In this document: positions 45,301-53,177 of the stretch, in pieces
How the letters are laid out: each line of letters begins with the position of its first letter
How positions within the stretch are numbered: position 1 is the first letter of the stretch
IMG/VR virus record: IMGVR_UViG_3300041955_000566
Length of the DNA stretch: 64,000 bases
Direction: 5' to 3' (one strand)
Source: an uncultured virus (IMG/VR IMGVR_UViG_3300041955_000566)
Lineage: Duplodnaviria > Heunggongvirae > Uroviricota > Caudoviricetes
The notes under the pieces: model-generated
The model's database searches: none
What the model was told of the DNA's origin: nothing
Seen by the model: the letters and a program-made list of their open reading frames with translations, nothing else
Translations under genes and position numbers: made by a program

Positions 45301-45444
45301 GTACTTCTCGCTGGCTGCAATGATGGCTTCGGTCATCCGGATCGATGTCGACCGCTTCGGTTCGGCCGATACGGTGGCAACTGCTGTGCTTTTCGGCTTT
45401 GCCTTCCGACCGGAGCCCGGACGCGCGCCTCCCCAGGTTCCCAT
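42361..45444 (-). CDS. DUF1073-type portal fused to histidine phosphatase and RelA/SpoT-like domains
   Basis: Follows terL; FLGYPYLAELAQRPEYR, RIPLVKFTGIQPSGLNA; VRHGAT..SDLKRA..GGES..VVTH; KS..R..EK..D.VR..GY..EIQ. Confidence 0.88.
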   Translation of the reverse strand: MGTWGGARPGSGRKAKPKSTAVATVSAEPKRSTSIRMTEAIIAASEKYAKQHSRKPEFNPFQLPAFPPKVIPKQKDLRMAMDQSMSWAGQQWAGGIFSSVASEGIMFLGYPYLAELAQRPEYRVISETIADDATRKWIDFEVTGNDEENKRRAEQDPEGEAERMADPDERKKRIAAAGKTDKVKALKDDQARLEVRDKFYNIARDDGFFGRSHLFLNFGTDLDLDTSELKTDIGDGRNQMSQAKVGRGKFKELKVVEAVWTYPTTYNAVNPLRDDWYNPQVWYVMGKEAHASRLLTFIGHPVPDLLKPAYSFGGLALSQMAKPYVDIWLTTRQSVADLIHSFSVMVLMTDLQTVLQPGNADALIARAAMFNALRDNQGLMMINKATEDFKNVSASMAGLHELQAQAQEHVASVARIPLVKFTGIQPSGLNATSDGEIKVYDDTISAYQNRFFRPHLTRVVNFEQLSLWEEVDPEISIVFEPLRQLTDKEQGDKQKAEAERDQIYVDMGALAPKEVRKRIVNDPELPYADLDAEDAPDLRQEEIEGLEPKGGRPDPLAEQHGLDAALTRTILMVRHGATSLNNEDVSVDRIRGWKDIPLSPDGEAEAKKLGQQMSDDPPDVIVTSDLKRAADTAEIISEITGVPVKETTKDLRPWNCGKYSGWVTSEAVPILADYATDRPDEKVPGGESFDDFAKRFFCGLAEIIQKYPGKIAVVTHHRDERLLKAWIANGSPSDGEIDKSVFCKKGEHTGAVMDIDVPVANILAAARNLTGIVADAEFKESDHPRALDGKFGSGGGGSKSSHEGKAGKLETSAAPAIQPATAPYKAGIKAFGLEHAEAQKVEWKKTAPKSAEDILKVSPANQEALAKACEKAAAKVKTNFANPGAKSEKRLLEKIAGGRSAESVTDAVRGGFNVDTPEDGDKIIHMLAQDFEVADEGWQKNGTGYFDRKTMVRFADGQVGEIQMWPPGMFEAKETGSGHHLYEKWRTLPKGSAHAQEIEQQMIDIYAKVEAALPAVWKSLFRKSGEN

Positions 45445-45474
45445 TTAGGCGGCGCTCCAATCTTGAAAAAAGGA

Positions 45475-45494
45475 ATCTTTCAATCAACTTGATT
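45475..45494. promoter_or_regulatory. 20-bp site containing the palindrome AATCAAcTTGATT (copy 2, upstream of portal)
   Basis: 19/20 identical to 31065-31084. Confidence 0.55.
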
Positions 45495-45509
45495 TTTTAC
45501 ACATCGCCG

Positions 45510-45884
45510 TCAGCCCGTCAATGTCTGACGTTGTTGAGATTGTTGCAGCGGTGGCATGCCGTCATCAATAATTGCGCAGACGAGATGATCCTGGGAGATG
45601 ATGCCGATGAGCCATTGCTCCAATGCTGCCGGTGTTAGCCCGCGGCGAGCGGCTTCTTGGTCGAAATAAATCTTAGCACCGATGCGGCCCTGAAACTTTT
45701 TGTTCGCGTTCTCTCGTCTGATCTCGACCATTTTATTCTTGCGTGATGGCAGTCCTAGCTTCTTGGCGAGCAGGCTGATGTAGGCATCGCTACAGCCCCA
45801 TTCCTTTGCAAGCACTCTGATCGGTTCGAGACCACCCCAGAACGCACGCAACTGCGCCTCTTTGATCGTGTTGAACATCAGCAT
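45510..45884 (-). CDS. HTH protein (GcrA-N-like, tentative)
   Basis: LRAFW....IRVLAKEWGCS...ISLLAKKLGLPSR; GGAGG RBS. Confidence 0.6.
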   Translation of the reverse strand: MLMFNTIKEAQLRAFWGGLEPIRVLAKEWGCSDAYISLLAKKLGLPSRKNKMVEIRRENANKKFQGRIGAKIYFDQEAARRGLTPAALEQWLIGIISQDHLVCAIIDDGMPPLQQSQQRQTLTG

Positions 45885-45948
45885 GACGCACCTCCATCGA
45901 TTCGGATGCGGGTCGATGTTTCAAGATAACTTGATTTAAGTGCTGAGG

Positions 45949-47196
45949 TCAAAAACGTCGCCGCATCCCGCTGCGCTGGATCTGCGTGATGATGTCTGCG
46001 GTGATCTTCATCGGTGGCGCGCTTTGACCTTTATGCAATACTGCCAACGCCAACGCCATTACAGCGTCGTCATGATAACCTTCTGGCGCGGAATAGGATA
46101 TTGAAGTTCTTTTGTACACATATTCAAACTGTTCGAGTTCTTGCACTAGCACCCCATCAGGGAATCGAACAGCGCGGCTTTGAATGGCAACAGCCAGTCC
46201 TTCCATAAGCTTCTGCTTGGACTGCGCCGTAAATTGATAACCCTCAAAATTGGTTCCCGGTCTTTTATGAAGAAAATCGACGATGGGATCACCGACGCCC
46301 GTGGAGTCCACCAATGCTGGCATCCGTCCCGTAATGGTAACAACATTCTCGAGAATTTGGTCCCACGGGATATGATGAAATCGTTCAAGCCGGCAGACGT
46401 GACCGAAATGATCCAAGCCGACGCCGACAGTGTAGTCCTGCCTTTTGGCGAGGTCCCATCCCCAGGCAACTGGTGGCTTCTCCGATAATTGCGGAATGAT
46501 GCAGGCCTTGATGTGCTGGAGCCCAAACGGGTTACCGCCGTCATCGGACGGTTCGGCGAGGTAAAGCTCGCGAAAGACAGCCTCGGGAAGATCCCGTTTG
46601 GCATCCTCGATTTCCTTGGCATCGAGTACGCCGGCCGCTACCGCATCGGCGGCGACGATCCTATGATATCCTATGTCGGAGTCACCATGCTCGGCGCGGC
46701 GGGCCATCTGATAGAACCAGCCCCGGCGTCCCTTCACGTTCCCGATGATTCTAATCGGCCCCCTAGTCGCCGTCAGTGTAGTTCTGACGGCGTGCCAAGC
46801 TTCCTCTTTGAAGCGGGAGGCCTCATCAATCACTGCGGCATAGACATCCTCCCCATAGAGCCCATCGGGGTGATCGCCGGATTTGAACCAGATAATGGCC
46901 CCATTCGCCAAGGTCAGCGTCTTGAGCTGAATATGAGCGGCATAGAAATCGCGGGGTAATGCCATCCGCATCCGTCGGAATGCGATTTCGGCCTGCACAC
47001 CAACTGGGGCTACCCACCAATAATTTTGGCCCGCAGTGCCATTTAGAGCTTGCTCGGTGAGCCAAACAATGCTCGCGCTTGTCTTCCCACTCTTAGTCGA
47101 CGCTTCCACTACTGACACACGTTTGGGGTCAAAAATGGCCGCAAACTGCTTCGGATAAAGATAAGGCCGCTCGTACTCTAAATTGACCGCCAACAT
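45949..47196 (-). CDS. terL: Terminase large subunit
   Basis: Walker A ASTKSGKT; Walker B AVIDEA; nuclease GWDLAK..D, DSTGVG, HDDAVMA. Confidence 0.93.
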   Translation of the reverse strand: MLAVNLEYERPYLYPKQFAAIFDPKRVSVVEASTKSGKTSASIVWLTEQALNGTAGQNYWWVAPVGVQAEIAFRRMRMALPRDFYAAHIQLKTLTLANGAIIWFKSGDHPDGLYGEDVYAAVIDEASRFKEEAWHAVRTTLTATRGPIRIIGNVKGRRGWFYQMARRAEHGDSDIGYHRIVAADAVAAGVLDAKEIEDAKRDLPEAVFRELYLAEPSDDGGNPFGLQHIKACIIPQLSEKPPVAWGWDLAKRQDYTVGVGLDHFGHVCRLERFHHIPWDQILENVVTITGRMPALVDSTGVGDPIVDFLHKRPGTNFEGYQFTAQSKQKLMEGLAVAIQSRAVRFPDGVLVQELEQFEYVYKRTSISYSAPEGYHDDAVMALALAVLHKGQSAPPMKITADIITQIQRSGMRRRF

Positions 47197-47198
47197 GG

Positions 47199-47702
47199 TT
47201 ATGCCGCATCGTTACGGGATTGCTCGATCATCTTCATATCAATCTCCCGCTGAGGATTATCGAAAATCGTAAGCACAAAACGTTTCCGCTGCTCGGATGG
47301 TCCCTCCGGCGTCGGTGCAACCATAACAGCCCGGAACTTCGGGCTCTGAAAATCAGCCAGCCGGAAACCGATATCGGCAAATATTTTCAGCCATTCTTTG
47401 AATTCGGTTAGATCACCCGTAATCCGGAGCGTACCATCTGGTTCCTTCTTCATCACTTGCCGCTGGAAATGCGCCAGAACGTTTTTGACGATCGGTAGTA
47501 TCTCTTTCATCTCATCGACGGCCAACCGGTTCCCGGCCATCGCTTTCTTGATGGCGAGGATATTGGTGTTCTTGTTCTCTGGGTCACCGATCTGCGCGGC
47601 GATCTGCTCTGCGATGCGCTCGCGTTCCGCACGCTCTTTGGTAACCGTGGCGTAGGAGCCTTTCGGTCGGCCAGCGTTTGGGCGGTATCCACCTCTTGGC
47701 AT
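47199..47702 (-). CDS. terS: Terminase small subunit
   Basis: Directly upstream of terL; MPRGGYRPNAGRPKGS; LADFQSPK. Confidence 0.75.
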   Translation of the reverse strand: MPRGGYRPNAGRPKGSYATVTKERAERERIAEQIAAQIGDPENKNTNILAIKKAMAGNRLAVDEMKEILPIVKNVLAHFQRQVMKKEPDGTLRITGDLTEFKEWLKIFADIGFRLADFQSPKFRAVMVAPTPEGPSEQRKRFVLTIFDNPQREIDMKMIEQSRNDAA

Positions 47703-48025
47703 CGGGCTAATATGGGCCAGAAAATCAAAATAATCAAACGTGTTTTGATTTCTCTATAGTCGCTAAGCGATATGCAGCTCTACGTTTTCGCATCAGTTCT
47801 CTCTGGTATACCCGACGATCGAAGATTCCGGTATAAACGGATCATCAGCGGCCCACCCTTGCAGGCTTATCCAATGCGGCTCTCGTTCACTTAGTCGCAT
47901 CAAATCCTCCTTTGATGTTTACTGGCTCATGCTCTTGCCAAAGGCAGCCAAAAAATAAACAAGAATTGCGACAACGAGAGTGATACCTCCAGCGGCAAGT
48001 CCCCACCAAACTAGATCGCCTATCG

Positions 48026-48232
48026 TTATAGCGTGCTGCATGGGTCGCTCCTATTCGTGCATCTCGTCTCAACTGTTACCTGCTCAAACAAATCTAACTC
48101 TTGCAGGGGCCGTGCAACTACAAAACAATTTTTGTCCACTAACCTAGCCCAACCATTTTGGATGGCGTCGATGCGCCATTCCCACCCTGTTTTCGGATTG
48201 CGCACCATGTCCCCCTTACGCCATTCGGTCAT
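48026..48232 (-). CDS. Hypothetical small protein
   Basis: GGAG RBS; 68 aa. Confidence 0.6.
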   Translation of the reverse strand: MTEWRKGDMVRNPKTGWEWRIDAIQNGWARLVDKNCFVVARPLQELDLFEQVTVETRCTNRSDPCSTL

Positions 48233-48246
48233 GTTGCGCTCGCTCC

Positions 48247-48429
48247 CTACTGTTTGAGGTCTGCTTTGAGATTCTTTATTTTTTGGCGCAACTCAGTTCC
48301 GCGCTTAACTTTTTCTGCCGGCGATCGATAACCATGCGCGTAAGCCAGTCCAAATAATCCAGCCTCCGACGCCGTGAGCAATTCTATATATTCGTCGTAA
48401 GTGGCGATCAGTTCTTTAATGTCTGCCAC
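48247..48429 (-). CDS. Hypothetical small protein
   Basis: GAGGAG RBS; GTG start; ends LKQ*. Confidence 0.55.
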   Translation of the reverse strand: MADIKELIATYDEYIELLTASEAGLFGLAYAHGYRSPAEKVKRGTELRQKIKNLKADLKQ

Positions 48430-48439
48430 GCGGTGCTCC

Positions 48440-48667
48440 TCAATTGTGTGCCGCATCGAGAATATCAGCGCATAGACGCAAACGGAGCGCGACCAAAGCA
48501 TGATCCTGTTCCGGCGCGCCAAGTATCCACTGACCGTCTTTCCCATCGTGCATTGACATGATCGTGATTGCGGTCAGCTTCTCGGTTTTCGGGTTGTTGC
48601 CAAACATTGACCGCAGATCGTCATGAAGCTTTTTCGCCTGTGCATACACGTCCTGATCTGCCGCCAT
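48440..48667 (-). CDS. Hypothetical small protein
   Basis: AGGA RBS; 75 aa. Confidence 0.55.
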   Translation of the reverse strand: MAADQDVYAQAKKLHDDLRSMFGNNPKTEKLTAITIMSMHDGKDGQWILGAPEQDHALVALRLRLCADILDAAHN

Positions 48668-48676
48668 GTGCCGATC

Positions 48677-48868
48677 CTATTTCGTGTTTAAGTCGCTATG
48701 GTTTTTGCGAACACGGTTTTTTAGCAGCGCCCCGTACTCGCACGTACACTCGCCGGCATAAATGCAGGCTTCTATGTCCTGCATACCGGCGACGTTGAAC
48801 GGACACGGGGCGCGACCAAGCGCTTCCTCTAGCGCCTTGATGCGATTATTTCGTGTTGTCATCGCCAC
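48677..48868 (-). CDS. Hypothetical small Cys-containing protein
   Basis: GGAGG RBS; 63 aa. Confidence 0.55.
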   Translation of the reverse strand: MAMTTRNNRIKALEEALGRAPCPFNVAGMQDIEACIYAGECTCEYGALLKNRVRKNHSDLNTK

Positions 48869-49300
48869 GCCTCCTTTGATGTTTATAGTGGCCCGCCACG
48901 GCGGCTTACGGAATGTCTAGCTACAATTCGCCGTATCGGTTGCCCCAGTGTGCGCGGTCTATAGGACTGCGTAGTAACCAGGGACCTTCCTTCGGCTACC
49001 CGCCGCGAGCGTGGACGGCGCAGGACATTCACCACTAGTTCTCCTATGTGTTCTTTAGTACCATAATAGCAACAATAAAAGCCGCGATCAAAAATGATCC
49101 CGCAAGCAAGATTACAGATGGTGTTATTTTCATATTCGCCTCCCTTCGCGGCCAAAATTATAAGCTCGCTTCAATGCAGCCATCATTTCCTGAACCCACG
49201 CCTCTCGGCGATAGCGAATAGTTGCTTCGTCCGGACCACCAGGCCAGTTGTCCGGCAGCAATGCTTCGGCCTCTTGTTTGAAGTTCATGCGCTGCCTTCC

Positions 49301-49483
49301 TCAAGTATTTGACCTAAATTCCGCCAACGACGCCCACAACTCGCGTTTGTTCTTCCATTCTCGGTATGGAGTATTAGCAAGCAGTCGGATCATTTCAAGA
49401 GCGCGTCCGCGCAGTTCCGGTGACCAGGTTTCCGGAGAATTGGTAAGCATTTCAATTTTTGCTTCTCTGGCGTCCGGTGTCAT
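49301..49483 (-). CDS. Hypothetical small protein
   Basis: AAGGAAG RBS; MTPDAREAK start. Confidence 0.55.
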   Translation of the reverse strand: MTPDAREAKIEMLTNSPETWSPELRGRALEMIRLLANTPYREWKNKRELWASLAEFRSNT

Positions 49484-49497
49484 CAAACTCTTCCTTT

Positions 49498-49650
49498 TTA
49501 ATTGACCTGACACCACCAGAACGCACGAACTGAATTATCGGTTACGCCAACAGGAATCTCTCTATCGTTTTTCAGGAAGCCGTATTCATAGCGACCATCA
49601 GACAATCGCTTGTAGTAGGTCGAGTGCGCCCATTTGCTAATGGCTGGCAT
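49498..49650 (-). CDS. Hypothetical 50-aa protein
   Basis: AAGGAG RBS; hand-translated MPAISKWAH...CQVN*. Confidence 0.5.
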   Translation of the reverse strand: MPAISKWAHSTYYKRLSDGRYEYGFLKNDREIPVGVTDNSVRAFWWCQVN

Positions 49651-49659
49651 GATCGCTCC

Positions 49660-49896
49660 TTAATCGTTGATTGGCTCTGGACAAGAACTGCAATATAGCA
49701 GACGACCGGCATGGGTCAGTTGCCATCCCTTAACTGTGACAGGAAACCGTCCGCCGAAAGTGCGCTCCATTGGAGCGACGAGACCATCATCGCTCAGGTC
49801 CAAATAAATAAGCGCCCTTGATTGGAATGGAAGCCGGTCATTTATCTCAGCAGCAAAGACCCGCTCCAATGCTGCGATGACTTTTTTTGTTGCCAC
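49660..49896 (-). CDS. Hypothetical small protein (winged-helix-like)
   Basis: 78 aa; GWQLTHAGR. Confidence 0.6.
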   Translation of the reverse strand: MATKKVIAALERVFAAEINDRLPFQSRALIYLDLSDDGLVAPMERTFGGRFPVTVKGWQLTHAGRLLYCSSCPEPIND

Positions 49897-49915
49897 TTAT
49901 ACCACTCCCATCCGT

Positions 49916-50104
49916 TTATCGGTTCGGTGCGTTATCGCGCAATTCATTGCCGTACATTGCTTTGAGTGCTGCGCCAATCTTGTCGCGCATCTGCTGGTCC
50001 CATTCGGTCCACCATCCTTCGCGCAATGCATCTTGACGCACTGTATCAATAAACTGCGCGGCATCAGTGAGCGCGTCTCTAGCGAGTTCCATTGAAGATG
50101 CCAC
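49916..50104 (-). CDS. Hypothetical small protein
   Basis: AGGAG RBS; 62 aa. Confidence 0.55.
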   Translation of the reverse strand: MASSMELARDALTDAAQFIDTVRQDALREGWWTEWDQQMRDKIGAALKAMYGNELRDNAPNR

Positions 50105-50120
50105 GAAGCTCTCCTTTCGT

Positions 50121-50303
50121 TTACTGCCCCAAAAGTTCTAGCGTGGTTTTTTTCGATGCTTCACACATTGATTTAATCGTCGGTGCAATTTTATCGAGAA
50201 CTTCGTCCAAAGTTTTTTCAGCAATCAACATCCCTTTGAGGTCCGGGCTAACTGCGTACCACAGGCCAGAACTACCTTCCTCGATTGTGATTATCATTTT
50301 CAT
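50121..50303 (-). CDS. HicB/DUF1902-like small protein
   Basis: IEEG..GLWYA.SPDL.G....KTLDE. Confidence 0.6.
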   Translation of the reverse strand: MKMIITIEEGSSGLWYAVSPDLKGMLIAEKTLDEVLDKIAPTIKSMCEASKKTTLELLGQ

Positions 50304-50310
50304 GTGCCTC

Positions 50311-50490
50311 CTATTTCGTTGACGCAGGATAAGCATGACGAATTGCCGCAACAATCAAATCTCTAGCTGCCATATCGATTCTAATAGAACGTGCCCAATC
50401 ATGGGCGGCGGTGAAAATTAGAGAGTCAAGAGTATTAGCTATATCGCGGGCTGACATTGAAGAAATATCGGTGTTTGGTTTAGTAGACAT
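50311..50490 (-). CDS. Hypothetical small protein
   Basis: GGAG RBS; 59 aa. Confidence 0.55.
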   Translation of the reverse strand: MSTKPNTDISSMSARDIANTLDSLIFTAAHDWARSIRIDMAARDLIVAAIRHAYPASTK

Positions 50491-50513
50491 TCCCCGCTCC
50501 CTTTCCGTATGGC

Positions 50514-50960
50514 CTACCAAGGCCAATCCCATCCAGTAAGCTTTTTGAATGCCATTCCAGAACGCGCGTGCCAGCTTGAGTGATCTAGTAGCTCAAGCTG
50601 CCGCGCGTAATTTCGTTCGCGTTGGGTTGCAATTTTTACTGACATTGACCAGCTTCGTTTGGCAGCAAGATCAGGATCGAGACAACTGACGTACTGGCTG
50701 TTACGGCGAAGCTGCTCCTTGACAAATTCAGGAACGCCAACAAGGCGAGCGTAATCCGCGGCGGCAACCCTAGCCTTATTGTACTCGTCCATGCCAACCG
50801 GCACCCCATATCCAGGCGCATATTGCGTGGAAGGAGCACCTTCAAGAGCGACGCCCGCAAGTTTTGCTATCTCTGAATCAGTTGCAGCTTTTGCCGCCAA
50901 AGGGGCGGCCATCGGCGCAAGACCGAGAAATTTAGCAAAGCTGCGACGGCTCAAGTTCAC
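50514..50960 (-). CDS. Protein with a twin-arginine-like signal
   Basis: MNLSRRSFAKFLGLAP. Confidence 0.7.
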   Translation of the reverse strand: MNLSRRSFAKFLGLAPMAAPLAAKAATDSEIAKLAGVALEGAPSTQYAPGYGVPVGMDEYNKARVAAADYARLVGVPEFVKEQLRRNSQYVSCLDPDLAAKRSWSMSVKIATQRERNYARQLELLDHSSWHARSGMAFKKLTGWDWPW

Positions 50961-50972
50961 GCCACAATCCTC

Positions 50973-52271
50973 CTATTTTGTTTGCGTCTCAGCGAACATT
51001 CCAGCGTCGGCGTGAATGCGCCGCTCTGCCATGTCCGCATATTCTGGATTGAGTTCGATCAGGATTGCGTTGCGCTTTAGACGATCCGCCACCATGCCGG
51101 TCGTTCCTGCACCGCCGAACGGGTCGAGTACCGTTCCGCCTTCAGGACAACCGGCCAAGATGCACGGTTCGATCAGCGCGGGTGGGAAGGTGGCGAAGTG
51201 GGCCTCAGAGAATGGCTGCGTCGTGACGGTCCAAACGCTTCGCTTGTTGCGCTTTTCAAATATGCCGAAATTATTTGCTGGCCCGCGCGGTGCAGATTGG
51301 GGATGCGGGTAGGCATGGGCGGTATAAGTGTCTGTCGCTCGCCCAACGGCTTTCATCGGGCCATTCGTCTTGCCGGGAACGCGCTCGCTACCGCGCTGTT
51401 TGGGGACGTTTTGGCCCAGCCGCTCAATGCTGGCCTGCGAGAGCGGTTCGACGATGGCTTCCTGATCGAAATAATATCGTTCCGACTTTGCCAGCAGAAA
51501 CAGATACTCATGCGCCTTCGTGCAGCGATCGGTGACGCTTTCCGGCATTGGATTTGGCTTCGACCAAATAATGTCCTGCCGTAAATACCAGCCATCGGCG
51601 CGAAGGGCGAACGCCGTCATCCAAGGAATGCCGATTAAGTCCTTAGCCTTGAGGCCGCTTGCACCATTCCGAACGGGCGCGCGGTTGCCACGTCCAACTT
51701 TACCGTCAGAACTACCCCGCGCCTCGCTTTGGAGGTCCACACAGGCGCTCGCTCGGCCTCCGCCGTGGTCATAGATATATCCCTGTTTCCCGCAATCTCC
51801 GGGCTTGTGCTGGCCCTTCCGGGCGTCTCTGGCGTAGCTGTCGCCAAGGTTCAGCCAAAGCGTTCCCTCTCGGCGTAATACGCGATGGACCTCTCGGAAA
51901 ATATCAATGGCATGAGCGACATACAGTTCTGGCGTTGGCTCAAGCCCAAACACACCGCGCCAAGCCTTGCAACGCAGGCAGAAAGCGCCAGTTTCAGGAT
52001 TAAGCGTGATATTGTCGGCAAGCTTATCAGTGGCACGGCCAGAATGAAGGCCACCTTCCGCGCCATTCCTCTGACGCTGGCCACTTTTGCCGATTTCGCC
52101 CCATGTGTGTTCCCTTCCGATGCAGGCATCATTGCCGTCCCATATTGACGGCGCGACTCCGTAATCGCGCAAGCCCCAATAAGGAGGAGAAGTCACAACG
52201 CAATCGACTGAGCCGGCCGGCAGCCGTGCCAAAAGTTCTAAGCAATTTCCCTTGAGAATACGGACGGTCAT
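50973..52271 (-). CDS. Orphan DNA methyltransferase (N4/N6, beta class)
   Basis: TSPPY precedes VLDPFGGAGTT; HFATFP. Confidence 0.92.
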   Translation of the reverse strand: MTVRILKGNCLELLARLPAGSVDCVVTSPPYWGLRDYGVAPSIWDGNDACIGREHTWGEIGKSGQRQRNGAEGGLHSGRATDKLADNITLNPETGAFCLRCKAWRGVFGLEPTPELYVAHAIDIFREVHRVLRREGTLWLNLGDSYARDARKGQHKPGDCGKQGYIYDHGGGRASACVDLQSEARGSSDGKVGRGNRAPVRNGASGLKAKDLIGIPWMTAFALRADGWYLRQDIIWSKPNPMPESVTDRCTKAHEYLFLLAKSERYYFDQEAIVEPLSQASIERLGQNVPKQRGSERVPGKTNGPMKAVGRATDTYTAHAYPHPQSAPRGPANNFGIFEKRNKRSVWTVTTQPFSEAHFATFPPALIEPCILAGCPEGGTVLDPFGGAGTTGMVADRLKRNAILIELNPEYADMAERRIHADAGMFAETQTK

Positions 52272-52894
52272 CGCTTGCCTTTTTCCTTTAGCGCATCATT
52301 GATGATCTTGTGCTTTCCGCCCTTAAAGTTGCCGTTAAAGCTCGATGTAGAGATACCGAACTTAGTGGCGATGTCCTCAATCGAGGCGCGCGGGTTGCGA
52401 ACCACAAACTTAGTGATCCGCTGCCGCATCTTTTCATCAACCTTCCGCTCGCGTCCCAACGATGCACCTCTTGCTTTCAACGCGGCCATTCCGGCCTTAG
52501 TCCGCTCAATGGTTAGTTGGCGCTCAAACTCAGCGAATGCACCAGCGATGGCGACGTACAAACGGCCCATTGCCGTTGTAATGTCGAAATTCTCTTGCAG
52601 ACTTTTGAACGACGCGCCAGCTTCCACGATCTGATCAAGCCGCGCATGAAGATCGCGCAATGAACGCGCCAGCCGGTCGAGCCGCCATACCACCAGCGTA
52701 TCGCCAGGTCGCAAGTCCTTGATAGCAAGATCGAGTTGTGGGCGATTTTTAGCAGCACCAGAAATCTTTTCCTTGTAGATATTGAGACACCCGATTTTTT
52801 CGAGGGCGTCGGTCTGTAGGCTAAAGACCTGATCTTCGGTCGAGACACGGGCATAGCCGATATACTCGCCTTTGGCTGTTTCGGTCTGCGTCAT
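52268..52894 (-). CDS. Small serine recombinase (resolvase/invertase family)
   Basis: IGYARVSTEDQ, RPQL, GDTLVVWRLDRLARS, AEFER...ERT..G; C-terminal HTH. Confidence 0.93.
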   Translation of the reverse strand: MTQTETAKGEYIGYARVSTEDQVFSLQTDALEKIGCLNIYKEKISGAAKNRPQLDLAIKDLRPGDTLVVWRLDRLARSLRDLHARLDQIVEAGASFKSLQENFDITTAMGRLYVAIAGAFAEFERQLTIERTKAGMAALKARGASLGRERKVDEKMRQRITKFVVRNPRASIEDIATKFGISTSSFNGNFKGGKHKIINDALKEKGKR

Positions 52895-52925
52895 CGCCAA
52901 CAACCTAGTTGGCTGACACGATAAA

Positions 52926-52980
52926 GTCAACAGCCTAGCGTCCGCCTTTTTGTTGACAGACACAAATTAAAGGTATATGC
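52926..52980. promoter_or_regulatory. Divergent promoter / candidate recombinase binding region
   Basis: GTCAACA-N18-TGTTGAC inverted repeat gives TTGAC boxes on both strands. Confidence 0.45.
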
Positions 52981-53004
52981 AGATTTCAAAGGTAGGAGAT
53001 CGTG

Positions 53005-53166
53005 ATGGCAATTTCTGACGTTCTATCTGAAGCTATTGAGGAAATTCGTTCCTATCTCAAGGATGATCCCTGCTACGCTGAACCGAACTTCCAAACGCGC
53101 TGCAAAAAGCTCGTAGCCGATATGGAAGCCATGCGGATCGATCTGGATACACCACCGAAACAATAG
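53005..53166 (+). CDS. Cassette ORF A (53 aa)
   Basis: AGGAG RBS; hand-translated; ends CAA TAG in the junction motif. Confidence 0.6.
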   Translation: MAISDVLSEAIEEIRSYLKDDPCYAEPNFQTRCKKLVADMEAMRIDLDTPPKQ

Positions 53167-53177
53167 AGGCCGGAAAC

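Larger units (their letters stand above)
47905..50984 (-). repeat. Left cassette-like array of about 14 short ORFs joined by a degenerate YAAACRAWANAGGAG motif
   Basis: CAAACAAAATAGGAGG (50969), CAACGAAATAGGAGG (50307), TAAACGAAAGGAG (50111), CAACGATTAAGGAG (49656), TAAACATCAAAGGAGG twice (47905, 48870). Confidence 0.55.

Noticed and set aside
50973..52271. Restriction-modification system
   Set aside because: No adjacent restriction nuclease is recognisable; orphan methyltransferases are common in phages.
52268..52894. Phage integrase or Tn3 transposon
   Set aside because: The protein is resolvase-sized without large-serine-integrase domains; no transposase or terminal inverted repeats were seen.
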